Below are positions 55,501-64,000 of a stretch of 64,000 nucleotides of DNA, piece by piece. The stretch is from contig NMRA01000024.1 of assembly GCA_002633005.1 (NCBI GenBank), positions 893,786 to 957,785 of the forward strand, in the 5' to 3' direction. Made by a program: the position numbers and the translations under genes. The notes under the pieces are model-generated. The model did not search any database. It worked only from the letters and a program-made list of their open reading frames with translations, and was not told the origin of the DNA. How positions within the stretch are numbered: position 1 is the first letter of the stretch; each line of letters begins with the position of its first letter. Source of the stretch: Phoronis australis. Taxonomy: Eukaryota > Animalia > Phoronida.

Positions 55501-58500
55501 AAAAAGTTGAAAATTTACGACGTGTTTAACGTCCACCATAACTTGAAACTAAATTCTGCAGTTTTTCAGTTAATAGTTGTCTTGATCCAAACTTTGAAGT
55601 TTCACTTAAATTCATCTCAGTATCCAATAAGTAGCCACAGTCCTTTAGTGAATCAGGACCTTGCAAGGCAGATGCCAATGTGCGGATTGTTTGTTTTATT
55701 TCATTACTGTGGCCAAAACTAGCCAGAATTATCAATTGACAAGAAATATGTTCTGCACAGAATTTTGCTGACACTTGGCAATATGAAGTTTCGACCAAAA
55801 TTGGAATAACTTGAAGTGAAATTTCTGCCTAATATGTAGCTGTCAGAAAACAAAAATCGAAGTGGGCCTTGTACACTCGTAAAAGTGGTCCCCTAATATT
55901 CCCTACCGTGATCAGATTCTATTTCCGTTACCAACAAGGACATCGGAAACACTTCACAGTTTATTGGGGTTAGACAACCCGATTTTGAAAATGGTGTGTG
56001 TACACATTGCCTGTGACTTGAGATGGTTACAGAAATAGAATCCTATCGCAGTAAAGAGTATTAGATCAATTCGATGATGGTAACAGGCCTACTTCAATTT
56101 CCATTTGAAGCCAACTAACTAGGATGAAGTGCAGCTTCAAAATAAGTCCACTCAAGTCATTACACCTCACTTAAAATAAGTCCACTCAAGACATGTCTAA
56201 CTCATCCTTCAGGTTCACCTTGCTACGTATCATCCTTGGTGATTTCGACTTCCATGAGCTGGAGGCTGCGAACCGCGTGTTGGGCCCTGCCTTCTTCATG
56301 TTCTACGTGTTCTTCGTCTTCTTCGTCCTTCTCAACATGTTCTTGGCCATCATCAACGACACGTACTCCGAGGTTAAGTCGGATCTCGTCAACCAGAAGA
56401 ACGATTTCGAGGTCGGAGATTTCTTCAAGAAGGTAGGTGAAGCTTCTTGATTTTTACTTATTTTTGGAATCATTTCGGTCATTTACTCAACCAGTGAAGT
56501 ATTTCTCGAAGTTTTGATTGGTAGCACTGGCTTTTGAAATATGGTACTTTCTTAGTTGGTCTTTCTAGTTCACTGTTCTGTGGTAGGAAGGTATACGAAC
56601 TGAAGGTTTATGGCAATGTTCACCAGAGTCTGTATTGTCTCTTTTTCCCAGCATTATTGTGCATCGTTCTCTACTTGAATAATTTCTAGACCCAAAGGGC
56701 ATTTGAAAGCACTTTAACTGTTGTAAGTCAGAACAGATAAATTAATCTTTATTTTGAATTTTGGAATCTGAAGATTACACTAAATCCTGATGAATTATCT
56801 TACAGTTGTATCATATTTATTTTTGTTGCTTAGCAATACGACAAAATGCTGGAAAAGCTGAATTTCAAACGCGACAAGATCATCGACATACAGAAGGCGC
56901 TCGTGGCTGCTGACGGAAACTCTGACCGCAAGGTCGACTTTGACGAATGGCGACAGGAATTGAAAATGTAGGTGCATGCTTGTTTTACAAAGTGACTTGT
57001 ATATGGTGGTGACGACTGTGTATTGTTGTTTTGAAAAGTCCATTTATCTTTAGATTGGAGTTTGGGTTTGGTCTGCGTGGTTTCCTGCATTTTGAAGATA
57101 GCGATGGTAGCTTGGTTTTGCTTAACAAAGTGTCTTCACTGATTTAAACATAAAGTGAAAATCTGTCCGAACAAGGTTTTAAAAGATATTTAGTAGCACA
57201 TTGCCTTCAAAAAAGTCCAATGCAAAATATTTTTTTTCATCTTCCTGAGTAACTGACTTACATTAAGTTCCAACAACTATATATCTGTATGTTGGTGGAC
57301 CTGCTCTGTGTTTTGCTAGTCTGTTGCCAATGTGAAGTGTTGTCTTAACGTAGGCGTGGTTACGGGGACAGTGAGATCGAGGCTGCTTTCGCCAAGTACG
57401 ACTTGGACGGTGACCGCGTGTTGGATGAGGAAGAACAGAAGCAGATGCAAACGGATCTGGAAGGACAAAAGGTAAACTCACTCGTATTGCTGAATGTGGT
57501 AAACTCTATGTGTAAGATCCAACCGATCCAAGAGATTTTATTTGAGTAAGGGGAAATCCGACTTGTCTGAAGGGTGAAGTGCTGGAACTAAAACGACTGG
57601 GCTGTAGAATTTTGTCCGCACTAAGCAAAAATCTGAATTGGGTTTGCGGGATTGTATATGATCTGTGACTTTTGAGTGCATCACTTGAACAGAATGTCTA
57701 GTTACACTCAATACTGTAGTTCTTTGTGTATTCAGTGAGTATGTGTACACATTATGTCTTATGGTAACCGCTTGGTTGACTTTGTGCTCATTGATAAGTA
57801 AATCATGAAATATTAGAGCCCCAACTAGTGGCACAGGTGATAACCAAATTATGCCTCAAGTGTTGTAGACTGCAAATTTTTTATGTTGTATTTGTATCAT
57901 TGGACCTTCAGATTATTGGAAATTGTTCTGTCATTTCCTTCCGACACCAGACTTTGAAAACTAAGTTTTTTGTTATTAAATGCATCCACTGTCATTTCAA
58001 CCTGTAAACTTTCAGCAGTGTTTATTCCTTGATCGTTGATGGAACATCTTTGCTCTTCTTTGCTGCAGGATGCCATCAATGCCGAGTTCGCCGATCTGGA
58101 GGAAAAGATTAAGCGACCCAAGACAGGACGTAGCCGAAGTTTCGAGGACAGCGGAGACGATAGCGACGATGAAGACACAACAGCGCGAACAAAATCATCA
58201 CGTCTCCGCAGCGGTCGAGGTCGAGGGATGAACGGCGTGTCCTACGAAGAGTTCACTGTGCTGTCAAGGAGGGTAGACAGGATGGAACACTCCATTGGAA
58301 GTATTGTGTCCAAGATTGATGCGGTGCTGGTCAAGCTAGAAGCCATGGAAAAAGCCAAGTTGAAACGACGAGAAACCATGGGGAAGATTCTAGACAGCAT
58401 CACAGAGGTAAGCGAAAGGGGAAGAGCAATAATCTTGTTTGGGGTAAGAATCCTATCAGAGATGGATCCCTTCCTTAGTTTTAGTTATTAAGGTGAACTG

Positions 58501-60522
58501 TTCCGTTTAAGGGTGTTTTAAGCCTCAATGTTGTGACTAGTTGAATAATCCACAAGAGAACCAAACCATTTCAATATACAGAAAAAGTTATAATTTGTGA
58601 AAATTTATTCCAAGTTATCGTATATTCTAAGTTCTCGCAACAACCATCTGTTGACAGTCCACTGACTGTCCACCAGGAAACAAAGATTTTTTCCAATTAA
58701 AAAACATTAATTGATGGATTGATTGCAATTCAAAGTGTTTTGGTAACAGATGTCTATTAATTTATAGATGTCCATTTTGGTATTGTGTTCTACAGAAGAT
58801 TGACATAAATGTAACTACTCGAAGCTCATTTCAGACATAAGAAGCAGGGTCTCTCTTTCTCTGCTAGCAACTTTATCCAAATAGTGCTGATCACGACTAT
58901 GTCTCTTGGACCTCTTTGCCCTTGACGCTCTAGTTATGTTCTGAATTGCCCTGTCCGAGGCTGGGGCTCTTCCTTGCCTGTTCTGTTACCTACTGTCACT
59001 CCCTCTGTGTGTTCTAGACGGAAGGCAACGGCGAAGAAGTGAAGTCGAGAGACCAGATGGAGAAGTTGGTCCGAGAAGAGCTGGAACGGTGGGACTCTGA
59101 GACTAGCATAGGTCAGGCAAGCGCACGAGGTGTGTCGCCCACGGGCTCGACGGCCCGCGCACGTTCCCGTCCCACTTCGGCCAATCACGGGGTATGTACC
59201 TGCTGTGAGAACGCTCTTGAAGTAAAACTCGCCTAAGTCGGATCCAGCCAGACTGAGAGATTTATCCGAGTAAAACAACTTATCTGAACGGCTGAATGGT
59301 TGAGCTAGAACTACAATATTCTACAGCCTTTTGTCTTAGTTAAGTAAAAACATGACAGATGCATGTCCGACGTATGTGAGTGTTACTGTATTTTGAAGGT
59401 AGTTTGACCACAATTCACTTTATTTCATCCAATCACCAGAATGTATTCTTAATTGAATATTCATGAATAAGGAAGTGTGTTTTACGTATAATTTTTTCTT
59501 TCATGCACGTGAACATAATTTTAATTTTGAGATTGAACAACTTATTTGTTGAAACGAATTGTGTGAGTTACATCTTAATTCCTAAGTAACTGATTAATCT
59601 CGTTGGTGTGACTTTTTAGATATGTACAAATATGAGCAACTTCACAATTAGAGGCTAATTAGTGACAAAAGCAAAATGAGTAAATATGCCCCTGACATCT
59701 TGTCTACATATTGATCGTGTACAGCGTGTGTACACAATGTGACGTATTTGTGGATTTTTTCAAACAGTACATTAAATTTTGTTTTACCTTTTATTTTAAA
59801 CAGACATCCGAGGTTTAATGACGGTAAATGGAAATGTTATGGTCTACTTTCCAATCTATTCTTGTCTTTTTTAATTCTGCATTATTTTGTGATCGTCGTG
59901 TTATGTTTGAGATCACTGTTTATTTTAGATGATGTAGTATACTCAACTTCCAAATGGTTGAATTATTATTTGTTTACTGGTTTTTCGTACAGTTCACAAA
60001 TATTTCGTTGAACAAGACAAGACCTGAACATGTAAATAGGATGACTGGGGTACGGCTTCTGCCAGCTGGTGTATAGTTCACTTCTCTGGGCTCCTAGCCG
60101 CCCCACGTCCTTCAGCAATTCAGGAGCTTTTTCGTTGCTGTCCATTCAGCAAGATAATTGTGATCTGTACTACACAACTTACGTTTTTATTGTTTCTCAT
60201 TCTGCGCAAATTTTCCAAACGTTTCCCCTGTGATGAAACTTGCCTGTGGATTCTGTTGAATTAATTAAAATATGGTCTAAAGAGAATAGGTTCAAACCTC
60301 ATCGTCTGGTTTTTGAGTTTTAGTTAATCGCTGTTGTCAAATTGGTCCTTCGTCAAAATTTCTTTGATGGAACACAAGTTTGTAGCTACTTTAATAAGTC
60401 AATGTAAGTTAAAAAAAGAAGTCTAGTCGAATGTAATACAATGTGCACTCACTCTAAGTCCGTCTCTATTGCAGGAGCCAGGTTTGGAGAGGTCCAACTC
60501 TAATTCTAGCAGCGTGGTGTGA
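46576..60522 (+). CDS. PKD2: Polycystin-2 (TRPP2) paralog B, ~851 aa, 15 coding exons
   Basis: Exons 46576-46655, 47059-47201, 50452-50562, 51140-51270, 51950-52200, 52588-52812, 53308-53470, 54063-54299, 55119-55300, 56213-56432, 56834-56967, 57354-57471, 58069-58407, 59018-59191, 60475-60522. All GT-AG and phase-consistent (2556 nt). Same TRPP motifs ([31 protein letters not shown]...AKLKRRE). Alternative end at 59804-59818. Confidence 0.95.
51104..51117. promoter_or_regulatory. RFX X-box match in intron 3 of PKD2-B
   Basis: GTTTCCATGGTTAC, ~22 nt before exon 4. Confidence 0.3.
53471..53640 (+). repeat. ~42-bp minisatellite, 4 copies, beginning at the intron 7 donor of PKD2-B
   Basis: Unit GTAGGCTTATTAGCCAATAGGAAGCATTCTACATACAACTCT. 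Confidence 0.92.
54302..54427 (+). repeat. 16-bp G-rich minisatellite, ~7-8 progressively decaying copies, at the intron 8 donor of PKD2-B
   Basis: Unit GGGTGTGGCTAATGGA. Confidence 0.9.
55486..55661. mobile_element. Degenerate Harbinger-like MITE in intron 9 of PKD2-B
   Basis: Inverted ends GGGACCTGCTTCACTAAA and TTTAGTGAATCAGGACCT. Confidence 0.55.
55893..56064. mobile_element. MITE-like element with ~40-bp inverted ends in intron 9 of PKD2-B
   Basis: CTAATATTCCCTACCGTGATCAGATTCTATTTCCGTTACCA versus reverse complement CTAATACTCTTTACTGCGATAGGATTCTATTTCTGTAACCA. Confidence 0.7.
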
Positions 60523-61499
60523 ACAGTGGTCTCATCTGCTCGTGTAAACTGACTTTATCCAGTATTCCGTCTTATTTTGTATATTTGGTTTTATTTCTGT
60601 CACGTGCTATTTACAGTGAAACTGCAGTAGATGCACAAATTATAAATCGGATCACTTCTGGAAACTCACACTGCAGTGAGTTTGATTTATAATTTGCACA
60701 TCAAATGGATGATTGTAGTTCATCATCTAAATCTGGTACTTAATTGTAACAATTTGTCAATGTTTTCATACCAGGTGTTTAGTATATTAATGCGAACAAA
60801 CCATCGCCAGTATTTTAAATATGCTAATCATGGTAAGCCAAACTACTTACCGGTAATTGTGGAGAATATTAATGCAAATCGTGTGTTTAGCAAATTAAGG
60901 CAATCAAATGTCTAGTCCTATTTGGTCTGACCAAAGAAATAGTATACAAGTTATAGCAAATTATTCCCTGCTAATTTCAGTGGCAATTTTGTCATTTTTG
61001 ACAATCTTTGAGTTTCTGCTATGTTTAGTTGTAAAAACGTGTAATAGAGTTCACGTTGCATTTGTACCTCATGTTTTAGTTGTGTTCATACAGGTTAGGT
61101 CATGTGCCGCTGTATTTTCTAATATTAAGTTTACTTGTGCCATGTGTTTACATCACGGAGTTGTGGCCCGAATCTCCTGTGTTTCATGAAAAATATACAT
61201 TTTATTATCTGTGTTGTCGGTGTGTTCAACAAACTTCAGCTCGTTTGAGATCATGACTGGAGGGCTCTACACAATGGATGATTTCTCAATTTTATGTTTG
61301 TGCACCTCGGCTTCTAATGCTTTCCAAAATGTTACACGATTTACGGAAAATTCTGGGAAAATCAGTGCAATCATGCCTCGAGATGGTTTAGGCAATGATA
61401 ACCAAAATGACAGTTATTGTTAGGGGAACTTTGACTTTGTCAAGTTGATTCTGCTGTTAAAATAAAATGGATTCTTTACTGTGCTTTAATAAAGTGTTA

Positions 61500-61723
61500 G
61501 GGTAAAATCTCGCCAATTTAGGACACAATATGGCTGTTAAGTGAAGTTTATGTTTTCATTTTTTTCATAAAGAACCGGTAGCACTCATAAATGCTACATG
61601 ATAGCTACCCATAATGCAATATCATAGCTACCCATAGTGCAATGTGGCCATTCATAACAATGTTGCAAATTTAAAAAGACCGATTTTGGCATATTTTTGT
61701 CCGAAATAGGTGAGATTTTACCG
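61500..61723. mobile_element. TA-flanked MITE (Tc1/mariner/pogo type)
   Basis: TIRs GGGTAAAATCTCGCCAATTTAGGACACAATATG and reverse complement CGGTAAAATCTCACCTATTTCGGACAAAAATATG. TA on both sides. Confidence 0.75.
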
Positions 61724-62349
61724 TAATTTTTCATGACTGATTCGATTAGGAAGATTAAAAGTGATACATTGGCGCTATTCGTACCCCAACTAATATATTC
61801 CCATCTTTATCCCCTGTATTTTTATATGATAAAGAAATAATTATATATATTTTGAATATGTAGGACTTTTCAGAACTCCTCTCTGTAAAGGCTTATGTTA
61901 TGTGATAATTGCCATGCACAGCATCTATTTACCTTGGCAAGTATAATAAATATAAAGAAGCACGTCATGTCTTTTATTGAGTATTGAAATATTGCAAGGG
62001 GTGTTGGGTAGTGGTGAAGAGGTCATGTGACCGGCAGATATTGCAAAAATGGCAGGACACCGCCCTCTGTGCATGATCCTCAGTATTTAAGTGTCAAAAA
62101 TCGAAAAATTAAGCCGCTTACGCATATGAAATCGGTCTGACACCTAACTCAAGGCTTGATTTCAAAACCATTGACGACTCGATAAACCCTTCAGCTCGAG
62201 TTGGCCAAATCTCAAAATTGCAAATTCGATAATGGCACAAGCGAGTATGCATTTATTACCTGTAGCCTGAGATACCGAGGCATTCAACAAAAATTCGGTA
62301 TCGGATAAGTGTAATTATGGTTTTTAACCCCAAAATACTTCCGTTAAGA

Positions 62350-62870
62350 ATTCAACTGTATGAATCTCTGTTGGAGACAAAACGTAATAAGACGCCTGGT
62401 AATGGTGGCATCAGCTGTGAATTTTATAAAACCTTTTGGAAGGTAATTAAAGACGATTTATTGGTGAGTGTCACATACAGCTTTGGAAACCGTCACATGT
62501 CCAATTCTCAAAAGCAAGGCCAAAAAGTAAACAGTCCGAGGAATTACTATCTTGAGACAATTGCAGACCTATCTCTCTTTTGAACTGTGACTATAAATTA
62601 ATAACTAAAACAATCTCAAACAAAATATATTGACTATTTCATTCATTCAGATCAAACATCCTACCTGAAACGTTATCGGCCAACATATATACATTTAATT
62701 GACGATGTTTGAGTTTTATAACAGGAAGCACACACCCCTCCCTAATCACATTGTATTCCTCGATTGAAGAAAGCGTGTAATACTTAATGTTTGGATTTTG
62801 TATTTCTCAATCCTTAAAAGCTTTTCATTTGTGTGACGTTCTTATCAATAGAATCCGCACATTGTATTAA
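62350..62870 (+). mobile_element. Decayed L1/Tx1-type LINE reverse transcriptase fragment
   Basis: NKTPGNGGISCEFYKTFW...SQKQG, then in shifted frames RPISLLNCDYKLITK and IHSDQT. Many stops and frameshifts. Confidence 0.8.
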
Positions 62871-63760
62871 AATAATTAAACAATATACACGATACTTTTT
62901 AACCCCTTCTGTCTTATTGTAAGAAAATTGACACCTAACGTTAACGTAAAGTTAAACAAATGGAGTGAATGCGAGACGTGAATGGGTGTATGAAAGGCAC
63001 CCCCCTTTCCCTTTCTTCTCTCCCTTTTTATAATAATGTCATGCTAATTATTCTCCCAATCGCTATCAGTAATTTTCAAAATACTTGTTCTATATGATGT
63101 ACTGTTCTTTATGTGGTAAGGACATATAGCTGAAGTCACCCAACACCAGCCATAACCACTAATCATTAATAATAAGGCTTCTGGGTAAATAAATGTATTA
63201 AAAAATGAAATGCCCATTAAGATTTACTTGAGCTCTACACAAAATCCAAACATGTCAATGCATGAAAATTTGGTTTGTTTTAACATGTAACTTCTTGCAT
63301 AGAACACCCACTGCAACAGAATAATGGACCAAAAACAATCGACAAACAGTGATATTATTTTTACAAGAACAACTGGTAACTTTTTATTAATTATTAAAAT
63401 TATATAATTTTTATTGCAGTTGCCTCACCCCATACAGACTATTGGAGCAAGACCAACCAGCTTCAATTTGAATGAAGGACAAGTATGCGACGACGCTACT
63501 TTGAAAGTATAAATTCGCCAGCTAAGAAATTTGTTGTTTTCAACACCAAAACATGATTTACTGTATCATTAAATTAAGCAATTTTACAAAAACACTGCCT
63601 CGTTTCATCATATCAATGGCTTTCTTTTAATCTGTAAATCTTGAATAAAACACACAACGTCCAATTCCAAATATCACTATGCGGAGATCTCGTTCTTTTC
63701 AACAAATGTAATCTTCTATTGTCGCCTTTTATAATAAAGGGTCAAGGTCACAATGCAACA

Positions 63761-64000
63761 TCATTTGCGGCTGGACGTCTTTGCGTGCTTAAACTTTTTC
63801 GTCTTTAACTTTCCACCAAGTTTTGAAACAACGCCATGTTTTTTCTTAGAAAACTTAAAGCGTTTATCGTCTGATTTCCGAGGTTGGCGATTAGAATTAC
63901 TCCCATGACCAGAATCTGGATGCTTGTTTTGAGGGAAACTTTTGTTGGGACCGCTGAGCTTGGGTCTCTTGCGTCGCATAAAACTTTTGTCTGTGTTCTT
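63761..64000 (-). CDS. Terminal coding exon (partial) of a gene continuing beyond the window; Lys/Arg-rich C-terminus
   Basis: Frame is open from the window edge (KNTDKSFMRRKRPK...KTKKFKHAKTSSRK*). The basic tail suggests a nuclear or nucleolar protein. Downstream AT-rich region has minus-strand AATAAA. Identity unknown. Confidence 0.65.
   Translation of the reverse strand, partial: KNTDKSFMRRKRPKLSGPNKSFPQNKHPDSGHGSNSNRQPRKSDDKRFKFSKKKHGVVSKLGGKLKTKKFKHAKTSSRK

Noticed and set aside
33437-60522. PKD2 duplication as an assembly or haplotype artefact
   Set aside because: The proteins differ throughout, silent sites are highly diverged and introns do not align.

Overview
AT-rich, intron-containing animal DNA, probably a bilaterian invertebrate (inferred from GT-AG introns, CTCF-like motifs and Penelope/Harbinger-type repeats). 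By hand-splicing I reconstruct four complete genes with all exon phases consistent. These are a 2-exon heparan sulfate 3-O-sulfotransferase (+), a 3-exon mucin-like type I membrane protein with a 60-bp coding repeat and Tyr-rich tail (-), and two tandem, head-to-tail, intact 15-exon polycystin-2 (PKD2/TRPP2) paralogs (+). Also present are the Lys-rich last exon of a gene running off the right edge (-) and candidate exons of a minus-strand gene on the left. Non-coding DNA holds LINE, Penelope, Helentron-like and MITE remnants plus minisatellites. The best lead is the PKD2 pair. It shows complementary retention of N- versus C-terminal motifs, two EF-hands in each copy, an apparently shared alternative terminal-exon switch, a 1-nt intron shift and a CRE upstream of each copy. 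Gene models are manual predictions without transcript support; comparisons with human proteins are from memory and were not aligned.
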